From positions 42,883 through 106,882 of the forward strand of contig DAIQOK010000007.1 of NCBI GenBank assembly GCA_036787895.1: 64,000 bases of DNA. The letters are read 5' to 3'. Shown here one piece after another: positions 39,252-48,174 of this stretch; within the stretch, counting starts at the first letter, position 1; each line of letters starts with the position of its first letter. Below the pieces are notes generated by a model. It did no database searches, was not told the DNA's origin, and saw only the letters and a program-made list of their open reading frames with translations. The translations under genes and the position numbers were made by a program. The stretch comes from Bacteroidota bacterium. GTDB lineage: Bacteria; Bacteroidota; Bacteroidia; UBA7662.

Positions 39252-40412
39252 TCAAGGAACAACCCGCCAAAGCGTTCCCGTGCGGTTTTTAGGCCCCATC
39301 TGCGTTTGACTGAGTACATATAATTCACCGGCCGCATCTTCACCAAAGCTGTTGATAAAGCCTGCCGACTTTTGGTCTTTCAATTTCACGGTGAGCATTT
39401 CCCAACCATCACCCTTGGCCTGTAAACACATCAAATCGCCTTTCCAGTCGCCAAAAAAGTAGCTGTTTTTGAGTGTCGCGACCTTAGTCCCCCGATAAAA
39501 ATAGCCACCTATCACCGACACCATGCCGGTTTGGTGGTTGTATTCATAAATCGGCCGTTTTAAATCGCGCGTATCACAATTCTTTTCGGGATTGAAACAG
39601 TGATTGCCCTCCATGATGCGCCAGCCATAATTGCCACCCTTTTCGATGAGGTTCACCTCTTCCCACTGGTTTTGGCCTACATCGGCACACCACAGCCTCC
39701 CGCGGGCATCAAAGCTGAATTTCCAGGGGTTGCGTAGGCCGTAAGCATAAATTTCATCCCTGCCGACCTTGCCTACAAAAGGATTATCTGCCGGAATGCC
39801 ATACGGCGTTTTGTCGACATCTATCCGAAGTATTTTACCCAACAGCGTTTCCAGATTTTGTCCGTTGCCTATGCTGCCAAAGCGGTCGCCACCACCGCCG
39901 CCATCGCCCAAACCAAGGTATAACAGACCGTCGGGGCCAAACTTGAGCGTGCCGCCATTGTGGTTAGCTGCCGGCTGGTCGATTTTCATGACGATCTTTC
40001 CAGAAGTCGGAAGGGCTTTTACCGGATTTTCTGGATCTCGCTGGTAACTGGCGAGTATGCTCTGGTGGTCACTTCCTTTTTCGTCTTTGGGTGCGGAATA
40101 ATACACGAAGAAACGGCCGTTGGTTTTGTAATTGGGATGAAAAGCCAAGCCCAGCAATCCCATTTCGCTGTAAAAAGGACTTATGTTCGCTAAAGCAGCT
40201 CTCAAATCAAGAAAGGGGGTAGCCAACAGTTTACCGCCGTCGATGACGCGGATTTGTCCGGCTTGTTCTACCACAAACAAACGACCGCTGCCGTCGCCAG
40301 GCTCTGCCAGGGCCACTGGGCCTTGCAGGCCAGTAGCGACTTGTTCGAGTTTAAGGGTAATCTGGCTGAAGCCTAAAAGTGGTAAAAGACAAACAAGAAA
40401 GAAGATGCGCAT
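39252..40412 (-). CDS. PQQ-dependent sugar dehydrogenase (soluble glucose/sorbosone dehydrogenase family)
   Basis: HNGGTLKFGPDGLLYLGLGDGGGGGD; a beta-propeller pattern; a signal peptide MRIFFLVCLLPLLGFSQ. Confidence 0.8.
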   Translation of the reverse strand: MRIFFLVCLLPLLGFSQITLKLEQVATGLQGPVALAEPGDGSGRLFVVEQAGQIRVIDGGKLLATPFLDLRAALANISPFYSEMGLLGLAFHPNYKTNGRFFVYYSAPKDEKGSDHQSILASYQRDPENPVKALPTSGKIVMKIDQPAANHNGGTLKFGPDGLLYLGLGDGGGGGDRFGSIGNGQNLETLLGKILRIDVDKTPYGIPADNPFVGKVGRDEIYAYGLRNPWKFSFDARGRLWCADVGQNQWEEVNLIEKGGNYGWRIMEGNHCFNPEKNCDTRDLKRPIYEYNHQTGMVSVIGGYFYRGTKVATLKNSYFFGDWKGDLMCLQAKGDGWEMLTVKLKDQKSAGFINSFGEDAAGELYVLSQTQMGPKNRTGTLWRVVP

Positions 40413-40455
40413 GGTTGTAGTTTTGGTCAAACTACGAAATATTGATCACTTCTGC

Positions 40456-41943
40456 TTACACCAAAACTACCAGCACCTTGCTGGCAAAATCGGCTTCGAG
40501 CTGAACGGGTTGACCTTGCACCAAAACCGTGGTTTTGTCGGCATTGCTGGCTTCAAGTTCAAGCACACTATTCGGATTGATGCCCAGTTTCCACAAACGT
40601 GTGGTGATGGCGTCGTTGAGTTGTTCTGTGACAACCAGGGCCTTTTGTCCGCTGGCCAGTTTGCTCAAAACCGTGGTTTCTCGATTACTTTGCGGGATCG
40701 GAGAGCCGTGCGGATCGAATTTGGGGTAGCCTAGCTGTTGTTCAACCTCGCGCAAAAACTTCTCGGGCAAACGGTGTTCGAAGGCCTCGGCCTGGGGGTG
40801 GATTTGATCGGCGGATAAGCCCATTTCCTGCACGAGGTAAGTCTCCCATAAACGATGTGCACGGATGAGCTCGTAAGCACGGCGTTTGCCCGCCAGGGTC
40901 AGGTCAAAATCGGGACCCTTGAGCTCCATCAAGCCCTTTTGCTGCAAACGCCGAATACGAGCAGCCGTTTTTGCCGGGGTCAATGCCAACTTCCCGGCCA
41001 GTTTGCTCACCGACAACTCCGCTTGTTCTTTTTGTTTAACCGCCTGTTTGAGCACATCTTCCAGCGCGGCTTCTTTTTGCCGGCGACGTTTCAACATATA
41101 CTGTATGATCAGGCCTTTTTTAGGGGCAAACATCACCGCCAGGCTGTATTGAAAGGCACCCACCAGGGTCATGGCCGGACCTGGAGTAGTCTCGAACAAG
41201 ATGGCCAACACCAGGCCGGTAACGCTGCTGATAACGCCTACCGTTGCCGCAATAAGCAACATGGTTTTCAGCCGACCGGTTAGCAGATAGGCTGTAGAAG
41301 CAGGAATAATCAGCATGGCAACCACCAGTATAACTCCCACCGACTGCAAGGAAGCCACGATAGCAAAACTCAGCAGCAACATCAGGAAATAATGCAGCAG
41401 ATTGGCGTTGATGCCACTGGTTCGGGCTATCACGCTCTGAAAAGTGGTCACAAAAAAGAAACGGTAAAAAGCGGTAACACACACCAAGGTAAAAAAGGTG
41501 ATGAGGCCGGTAAGCCACAAATCCTGATCACCAATGCCCAAAACGTTCCCGAAGAGAAAATCTTTCATATCAAGATGCACGCCTTCTTGCCGGGTAACAG
41601 CGCTGATACCAATAATACCCAGGGCAAACATGGCAGAAAATACGATGCCGATTGCAGCGTCTTCCTTGGTGCGAGCATTACGTTGTAACCAGGTAATAAG
41701 CACCGCTGCAATTATGCCAGCCACTACCGAGCCCACAAAAAAGGCGAACACATTGTGTCCGGCTATCATAAAGCCCGCAACTACACCCGGCAGTATGGCA
41801 TGAGAAAGGGCATCGCCGATAAGCGACATATTTCGTAATACGATAAAACAGCCCAATACGCCACAGCTGATACCTACCAGCATTGACGCTAAAAGCGCTC
41901 TCTGGGCATAGGGATAACTAAAAACTTCGAGTAAAGTCTCCAT
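40456..41943 (-). CDS. Metal (Mn/Zn/Fe) ABC transporter permease (ABC-3 family) fused to a C-terminal DtxR/MntR-like metalloregulator + FeoA-like domain
   Basis: The N-terminal ~280 aa form a polytopic ABC-3 permease (LIGDALSHAILPGVV). The C-terminal region has a DtxR-type wHTH (LTPAKTAARIRRLQQKGLM ... YELIRAHRLWETYLV) and an SH3-like FeoA tail. Confidence 0.75.
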   Translation of the reverse strand: METLLEVFSYPYAQRALLASMLVGISCGVLGCFIVLRNMSLIGDALSHAILPGVVAGFMIAGHNVFAFFVGSVVAGIIAAVLITWLQRNARTKEDAAIGIVFSAMFALGIIGISAVTRQEGVHLDMKDFLFGNVLGIGDQDLWLTGLITFFTLVCVTAFYRFFFVTTFQSVIARTSGINANLLHYFLMLLLSFAIVASLQSVGVILVVAMLIIPASTAYLLTGRLKTMLLIAATVGVISSVTGLVLAILFETTPGPAMTLVGAFQYSLAVMFAPKKGLIIQYMLKRRRQKEAALEDVLKQAVKQKEQAELSVSKLAGKLALTPAKTAARIRRLQQKGLMELKGPDFDLTLAGKRRAYELIRAHRLWETYLVQEMGLSADQIHPQAEAFEHRLPEKFLREVEQQLGYPKFDPHGSPIPQSNRETTVLSKLASGQKALVVTEQLNDAITTRLWKLGINPNSVLELEASNADKTTVLVQGQPVQLEADFASKVLVVLV

Positions 41944-41945
41944 GA

Positions 41946-43682
41946 TTACGCATTTAAAGCTTCAGCTTTGTCGTAAAGCGCCTGGCTTCCACTGAAGGTG
42001 CGCAGTATGTTTTCTTCAGTCATCACCTCACTGGCCGGGCCAAAGGCAATCAAGCGGCGATTGATCAAAATCAAATCATCGAAATATGCCTTGGCTTTCG
42101 ACAAATCGTGATGGATGATGATAACTGTTTTGCCATCGCTAACCAGCCGCTTTAATATGGTCATGATTTTATCCTCCGTGGTCACGTCTACACCTACAAA
42201 AGGTTCATCCAGGAAGTAGATATCTGCTTCCTGCGCCAACGCCCGGGCGATAAATACCCGCTGCTGCTGCCCACCCGAAAGCTCACTGATTTGTTTGTGC
42301 TGCAAGGCTTCAATATCCAATTCCTGCATATGTTGCCTGGCTTTATCATGATCGACTTTATTGAGCCGGTCAAAGGTTTTTTTGTGCGGATATCGACCCA
42401 TAAGCACAACATCCAAAACCGTTGCCGGGAATTGCCAGTCGATTTCTTCCTTCTGCGGCACATAGGCGATGTGTTTGCGCAAGGCATTAACGGGCGCACC
42501 ACCGAGCTGAATGTTGCCCTGATCGGTGGTAACCAACCCTAAAATAGCTTTGAACAAGGTGGATTTACCCGATCCATTCGGGCCTATCAAACCATATAAT
42601 TTACCGGCCGGTAGGCTGAGACGAAAATTGTTGAGGATGACTTTATTGTCGTAAGCCACAGTGAGCCCCTTTACTTCGAGCGTATACCCTTGCTGTAAAA
42701 TCTGCTTGGGCTGGGGTTGTATGCCTACGGCCACTACAGCAAAGGCAACTACAAAAAAAGCTGCGACTATGGCCAATAAAGCCAGGTCTTTGCGCCGACT
42801 TTCGGCCGGACCGGCTAGCAATAACCCGTCGAGTAAAACTTGCGTATTGTGTTCAAGCATGCCCAAATAACTATCTGCTCCAGAGCCTTTGGGGCCCATG
42901 CTGTCGGCATACAGCTTACCACCAATCCGGATACCTGCATCACTGGCGAGCTGTTGCATGAGTTTGGGGTTGATGGTACTCTCTACAAAAATGGCAGGCA
43001 AGTCATATTGCTCAATTACAGCAATCAGCGCCTGCATATCTTCTGTACGCACCTCAGCATCGGTAGTTGTGCCTAAAACCGACACAACCTTGAATCCATA
43101 GCGATTGCCAAAATAGCGAAAAGCGTCGTGTGAGGTGGCGATAACCCTTTTTTCCGCCGGAATAGCAGCAACCCGGGCTTGTATGCTGCTGTCTATTGCA
43201 GCGAGTTTTAGATCATAAGCCTGGTATCGGGCTAACAATTCGACTGCTTTTTCCGGTCTCAGGCTCAATAAGGCTTCGTAAATATTCCGCACATAAATAC
43301 GACCATAATTGGCGCTCATCCAGGCATGCGGATCGTAGCTATCGGCATGTTCGGCACTTCCAATAGGCTGAATACCGGCCGTTACTTCCACCAACCGGGA
43401 GCGGCTACCGCTGTTGTCGATGAGTTTTTGGAGCCAGCCTTCGAGATTGAGGCCGTTTTGTAAGATGAGGTCGGCATCCGCAAGACGTTTGGCGTCGCCA
43501 GGCACCGGGTCATAGATGTGGGGATCGGAGCCCAGCGGTAATATGCTGCTGACTTCAAAATCCGGCCCGGCAATTTGCGCTGCCATATCGGCTATAAAGG
43601 TGGTTGTAGCCACTACCTTTTGCTGTGCCAGCACTATTGCACTCGATAAAATGAAGGATATGAAGATGAATAACTGTTTCAT
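41946..43682 (-). CDS. Fused metal ABC transporter substrate-binding protein (ZnuA/TroA-like) - single TM - ABC ATPase
   Basis: A signal peptide MKQLFIFISFILSSAIVLAQQ precedes a TroA-like SBP (TTTFIADMAAQIAGP ... HIYDP) and one TM helix (LALLAIVAAFFVVAFAVVAVGI). The ABC ATPase motifs follow: Walker A GPNGSGKST, signature LSGGQQQRV, Walker B IYFLDEP. The start is the ATG at 43682. Confidence 0.75.
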   Translation of the reverse strand: MKQLFIFISFILSSAIVLAQQKVVATTTFIADMAAQIAGPDFEVSSILPLGSDPHIYDPVPGDAKRLADADLILQNGLNLEGWLQKLIDNSGSRSRLVEVTAGIQPIGSAEHADSYDPHAWMSANYGRIYVRNIYEALLSLRPEKAVELLARYQAYDLKLAAIDSSIQARVAAIPAEKRVIATSHDAFRYFGNRYGFKVVSVLGTTTDAEVRTEDMQALIAVIEQYDLPAIFVESTINPKLMQQLASDAGIRIGGKLYADSMGPKGSGADSYLGMLEHNTQVLLDGLLLAGPAESRRKDLALLAIVAAFFVVAFAVVAVGIQPQPKQILQQGYTLEVKGLTVAYDNKVILNNFRLSLPAGKLYGLIGPNGSGKSTLFKAILGLVTTDQGNIQLGGAPVNALRKHIAYVPQKEEIDWQFPATVLDVVLMGRYPHKKTFDRLNKVDHDKARQHMQELDIEALQHKQISELSGGQQQRVFIARALAQEADIYFLDEPFVGVDVTTEDKIMTILKRLVSDGKTVIIIHHDLSKAKAYFDDLILINRRLIAFGPASEVMTEENILRTFSGSQALYDKAEALNA

Positions 43683-43824
43683 AAAGTAATTCTCCGGGAC
43701 AAATATAGTATTTTTAGGCTTATCTAAATATATTTTTAGTCTGTTCGTTTTTATTCGTGGGCGCATATTTTATTTTGGTATTTCAGGTAAAAGCGGCTTA
43801 AATTCGACTGTTTTTATTTTAAGC

Positions 43825-44775
43825 ATGGAACAAACCATCCCTTCAATCGATCTGGCTGAGTTTTTATCAGGCGATCCGCAGCGCAAAGCTGCCTTTGTAC
43901 AAGCCATCGGTAAAGCCTACGAGGAAGTGGGTTTTGTAGCCGTCAAAAATCACGGGCTGAGTGATGATTTAAGTGCCGCCTTGTATGCGCAGGTGCAGGC
44001 CTTCTTCCAATTGCCTCAAGAGACCAAAGCTAAATACGAAATTCCGGGTCTCGCCGGACAACGCGGTTACACAGGTTTCGGGAAAGAACACGCCAAAGGT
44101 CGCAGTACAGGCGATTTGAAAGAGTTTTTTCAGTTCGGACAGGAAGTAAACGATGGAGATCCCATTAAAAGTGAATATCCGGCGAATGTAGCTGTAGCAG
44201 AATTGCCTGAATTCAACCCCAAAGCCAGGGAAGCCTATGTTACCCTCGAACAAAGTGGTCGACATTTACTTCGCGCCATTGCTTTGTTTTTAGGGCTCGA
44301 CGAAAATTATTTCGATCAGCATATCCACAATGGCAATAGCATTTTACGTGCGATTCATTACGGCCCAATTACTGAAGAACCGAAGGATGCCGTTCGTGCT
44401 GCCGAGCATGAAGACATTAACCTCATCACCCTCCTCATGGGTGCTTCGGCCGAAGGTTTGCAGGTACTCAGCAAAACTAACCAATGGGTTGGCGTGACCG
44501 CGCTTCCTGAGCAAGTGGTGGTGAATGTGGGAGATATGCTGCAAAGGCTAACCAACAACCGACTCAAAAGCACCACCCACCGTGTAGTAAATCCGCCGCG
44601 TGAAAAGTGGGGTATGTCGCGCTACAGTATTCCATTTTTCCTGCATCCCCGTTCCGGCATGCGGCTCGATTGTCTGCCCAGCTGCGTCACGTCAGAGAAC
44701 CCGCTACATTATGCGCCTATCACCGCCGGCGAATACCTCGACGAGCGCCTGCGTGAGATTGGCCTGAAAAAATAA
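43825..44775 (+). CDS. 2-oxoglutarate/Fe(II)-dependent oxygenase (isopenicillin-N-synthase-like)
   Basis: HxD ... H iron-binding pattern (IHYGPITEE ... EHEDINLITLL ... TTHRVVNPP). Confidence 0.75.
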   Translation: MEQTIPSIDLAEFLSGDPQRKAAFVQAIGKAYEEVGFVAVKNHGLSDDLSAALYAQVQAFFQLPQETKAKYEIPGLAGQRGYTGFGKEHAKGRSTGDLKEFFQFGQEVNDGDPIKSEYPANVAVAELPEFNPKAREAYVTLEQSGRHLLRAIALFLGLDENYFDQHIHNGNSILRAIHYGPITEEPKDAVRAAEHEDINLITLLMGASAEGLQVLSKTNQWVGVTALPEQVVVNVGDMLQRLTNNRLKSTTHRVVNPPREKWGMSRYSIPFFLHPRSGMRLDCLPSCVTSENPLHYAPITAGEYLDERLREIGLKK

Positions 44776-44779
44776 GCCC

Positions 44780-45964
44780 TTGCCGGCCTTTGCCTCTCAG
44801 CACCGATCGTTCCTGCGTGATGTACTCACCTTGGCTCTTTCGGCATTTGGGGGACCACAAGCCCACATCAGTCTGATGCTCGATTTGTTGGTTCACCGGC
44901 GGGCTTATCTTACCGAAAAAGAACTGATGGAGCTCAATGCACTCTGTCAGTTTTTACCCGGCCCAACCTCTACCCAAACGCTCACCGCCATCGGCATGAA
45001 ATTAGGCGGCCCTACGCTTGCATTGGCTACCCTTTTCATCTGGATTACACCTGCCTGTTTGCTCATGACCATGATTGCCCTCATGCTGAATTATATCGAA
45101 GGCGAAGGTTTTGAACTGGAAGTGCTGCGTTTTGTCCGCCCAATCGCCATTGGTTTTATTACAGTGGCCGCCTATCGCCTCATTCGCCGACTCATAAGCG
45201 ATCGCATGAGCTGGTTTATCTGGCTTTTGTCGGTGGTACTCAGCCTAACGCTCACCAGTTCGTTTATTTTTCCAACAGTCTTATTGATTGGGGGCTTGAT
45301 AAGCAATGTATGGCGACAGGAATATACCGAAAGGGAGAATTATGACCTCAGCAAAATACGCTGGCGTAACCTGTGGATATTCAGCATCATTTTTCTGATT
45401 GCCGTCCTGCTGGGTAATTTCGGACAGTTGAAAGCATTTTTGCTTTTCGAAAACATTTATCGTTATGGCAGCCTGGTTTTCGGTGGCGGTCAGGTGCTTA
45501 TCCCCATGATGTTCGAGCACTTTGTGCAGGTAAAAGAATACATGACGGCCGAGCAATTTTTGTCGGGTTTTGGCATAGCTCAGGCCATACCCGGGCCCAT
45601 TTTTTCTTTTGCGTCCTATATAGGTGCCATGTCGTTCCAGGAAAGAGGTCAGCTGATGATGCTGGTTGGTGCCAACATCGGCACTATCGGCATCTTTTTG
45701 CCCGGTACCTTGCTCATCTTTTTCATCTATCCCGCCTGGGATGAGCTAAAAAAAATGCGCGGCGTACGTAATGCCCTTGCTGGATTAAATGCCGCCGCCA
45801 CCGGTCTCATCGCTGCTGCTGCCATATTACTCCTGCAACCACTCGGATTTAACTGGGTTAATTTGGGGGTGGTTGCCACTACTTTTTTGCTCAATTACAG
45901 CCTGCGCGTGCCGCCATTGATCGTGGTTACGCTGGGTTTGATTGCCGGCCTGTTGGTGGTATAA
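44780..45964 (+). CDS. chrA: Chromate transporter family protein (ChrA, duplicated CHR domains)
   Basis: LALSAFGGPQAHISLM and a second repeat FGIAQAIPGPIFSFASYIG. The protein is polytopic. Confidence 0.8.
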   Translation: MPAFASQHRSFLRDVLTLALSAFGGPQAHISLMLDLLVHRRAYLTEKELMELNALCQFLPGPTSTQTLTAIGMKLGGPTLALATLFIWITPACLLMTMIALMLNYIEGEGFELEVLRFVRPIAIGFITVAAYRLIRRLISDRMSWFIWLLSVVLSLTLTSSFIFPTVLLIGGLISNVWRQEYTERENYDLSKIRWRNLWIFSIIFLIAVLLGNFGQLKAFLLFENIYRYGSLVFGGGQVLIPMMFEHFVQVKEYMTAEQFLSGFGIAQAIPGPIFSFASYIGAMSFQERGQLMMLVGANIGTIGIFLPGTLLIFFIYPAWDELKKMRGVRNALAGLNAAATGLIAAAAILLLQPLGFNWVNLGVVATTFLLNYSLRVPPLIVVTLGLIAGLLVV

Positions 45965-46013
45965 GTCGCGGCTTACCGACTTAGTTTGTATTTTCGTCAC
46001 CAAATTCTGCCCC

Positions 46014-47213
46014 ATGTACAGCAATACCCTCCAACCCGTACTTACCCAAGAGCTGGCCGACATACGCGAAGCCGGTTTGTATAAAAAAGAACGTATTATC
46101 GTTTCTTCCCAGGATGCCGAGATTATGCTCGACAATGGTCAGCGGGTATTGAATTTCTGTGCCAACAATTACCTCGGATTGTCGAACCACCCACGCATCA
46201 TTGAAGCCGCCAAAAAAACACTCGACAGCCATGGTTTCGGCATGTCGTCGGTACGTTTTATCTGCGGCACGCAAGACATCCACAAAGAACTTGAGCAGCG
46301 TATCGCCGATTTTTACCAAACCGACGACACCATTTTATATGCTGCCGCCTTTGATGCCAACGGCGGTGTTTTTGAGCCCCTCTTCAACGAGCAGGACGCC
46401 ATCATCAGCGACAGCCTGAACCATGCGTCCATCATCGACGGCGTGCGCTTGTGTAAAGCCGCCCGCTATCGTTACGAAAACAACAATATGGCCGATCTGG
46501 AAGCCAAACTCCAGGAAGCCCGTGCGGCTGGTCATCGCAACATTATCATTGTAACAGATGGCGTTTTTTCGATGGATGGATATGTAGCCCAGCTCGACAA
46601 AGTGGTGGCACTCGCCAAAAAATACCAGTCGCTCACCATGATAGACGAATGTCATGCTGCCGGCTTTTTGGGCAAAACCGGTCGGGGTACACCCGAATTG
46701 TGTGGCGTAGTAGGCGAAATCGACATCATCACCGGCACCCTTGGCAAAGCCCTCGGTGGTGCCATGGGCGGCTATACCACCGGTCGCCAAGAAATTATTG
46801 AATTACTCCGTCAGCGTTCGCGGCCATATCTCTTCTCCAATTCGCTGGCCCCGGCCATAGTAGGCGCGAGCATAGAAGTCTTCAAAATGCTCGACGAAAG
46901 CACCGCCTTGCGTGATAAGCTGGAAGCCAATGTAAAACACTTTAAAGCCGGTATCAAAGCGGCTGGTTTCGACTTCAAAGACGGGAATTCGGCCATCGTA
47001 CCCATTATGTTGTACGACGCCAAGCTCAGCCAGATTATGGCCGACCGACTTTTGGAAGAAGGCATTTATGTAATAGGTTTCTTTTTCCCGGTTGTTGCTA
47101 AGGGACAGGCCCGCATACGTGTGCAGTTATCAGCAGCCCATGAAACAGCGCATCTCGACCGCGCCATTGCCGCTTTTACCAAGGTGGGTAAGGAATTAGG
47201 CGTCATTAAATAA
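46014..47213 (+). CDS. kbl: Glycine C-acetyltransferase / 2-amino-3-ketobutyrate CoA ligase
   Basis: PLP-dependent AOS-family motifs are present (DGVFSMDG, TLGKALGGAMGGY). The start is the ATG at 46014 (MYSNTLQPV). Confidence 0.9.
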   Translation: MYSNTLQPVLTQELADIREAGLYKKERIIVSSQDAEIMLDNGQRVLNFCANNYLGLSNHPRIIEAAKKTLDSHGFGMSSVRFICGTQDIHKELEQRIADFYQTDDTILYAAAFDANGGVFEPLFNEQDAIISDSLNHASIIDGVRLCKAARYRYENNNMADLEAKLQEARAAGHRNIIIVTDGVFSMDGYVAQLDKVVALAKKYQSLTMIDECHAAGFLGKTGRGTPELCGVVGEIDIITGTLGKALGGAMGGYTTGRQEIIELLRQRSRPYLFSNSLAPAIVGASIEVFKMLDESTALRDKLEANVKHFKAGIKAAGFDFKDGNSAIVPIMLYDAKLSQIMADRLLEEGIYVIGFFFPVVAKGQARIRVQLSAAHETAHLDRAIAAFTKVGKELGVIK

Positions 47214-47219
47214 ACACTA

Positions 47220-47951
47220 TTGGAGGCTGCCGGCTGCCGTTTATCGGTCAACATCAACAAATTTGCTACCCTGCGTAACAGTCGTGGAGGTAACAATCCC
47301 GATTTACTTCGGGTGGCCCGTGATTGTGAGCGTTTTGGTGCCGAAGGCCTCACTGTGCATCCCCGTCCCGACGAGCGACACATTCGTTATGCCGATGTAA
47401 CTGCATTAAAGCCGCTACTTACGACCGAATTTAACATCGAAGGCAATCCCAAAGAGCCAGCCTTTGTAGAGCTAGTGCTCGCCACCAGTCCTGCTCAGGT
47501 TACCCTGGTGCCCGACGCCCAAAATCAACTCACCAGCGATCATGGTTGGGATACCATTGCAGAACAAAGCTATCTGCAAGACATCATTGGCACTTTCCGG
47601 GAGCAAGGCATACGTACAAGCATCTTCCTGAATCCCGATCCGGCTTTGGTTGCTGCCGCTAAAACTACCGGCACCGACCGCATTGAGTTGTATACCGAAG
47701 CCTATGCCCATCAATACGCACAAAACCGGGAAAAAGCCATCAAACCATTTATTGAAGCCGCATTGGAAGCGCAAAAACAGGGTTTGGGTTTAAATGCCGG
47801 CCACGACCTCAGTCTGGAAAACCTCGGGTATTTCGCGCAGAATATGCCGGGTTTACTGGAGGTATCCATCGGTCATGCCCTGGTTTGTGATGCCCTGTAC
47901 CTGGGGCTGGAGAATACCATACAACTGTATTTACGGGCACTTCGTAAGTAA
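47220..47951 (+). CDS. pdxJ: Pyridoxine 5'-phosphate synthase
   Basis: [21 protein letters not shown] ... [13 protein letters not shown]; 243 aa. Confidence 0.9.
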   Translation: MEAAGCRLSVNINKFATLRNSRGGNNPDLLRVARDCERFGAEGLTVHPRPDERHIRYADVTALKPLLTTEFNIEGNPKEPAFVELVLATSPAQVTLVPDAQNQLTSDHGWDTIAEQSYLQDIIGTFREQGIRTSIFLNPDPALVAAAKTTGTDRIELYTEAYAHQYAQNREKAIKPFIEAALEAQKQGLGLNAGHDLSLENLGYFAQNMPGLLEVSIGHALVCDALYLGLENTIQLYLRALRK

Positions 47952-48174
47952 ACATCTGAGCTGGACCATGGATTTATTAAGATGATTAGGGTAGTCGCTG
48001 ATTTTTTGTCTGCGTATGAATTTTAACGTTGTCCAATCTACATGAAAACAGCTCCATTTTGAATTTTAGACGCGCAATTTTGAATTAAAGAGAATGGCAG
48101 AGATTGTTTATTTTTGCCGCGCCTAAGCGCAAACAAATCAAGGGCTTGGTGCATTATTTTTTAAATCCTTTTCC

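Noticed and set aside
40183-40734. 183-aa plus-strand ORF overlapping the PQQ dehydrogenase and permease genes
   Set aside because: It is antisense to two well-supported minus-strand genes and crosses their intergenic gap, with no motifs.
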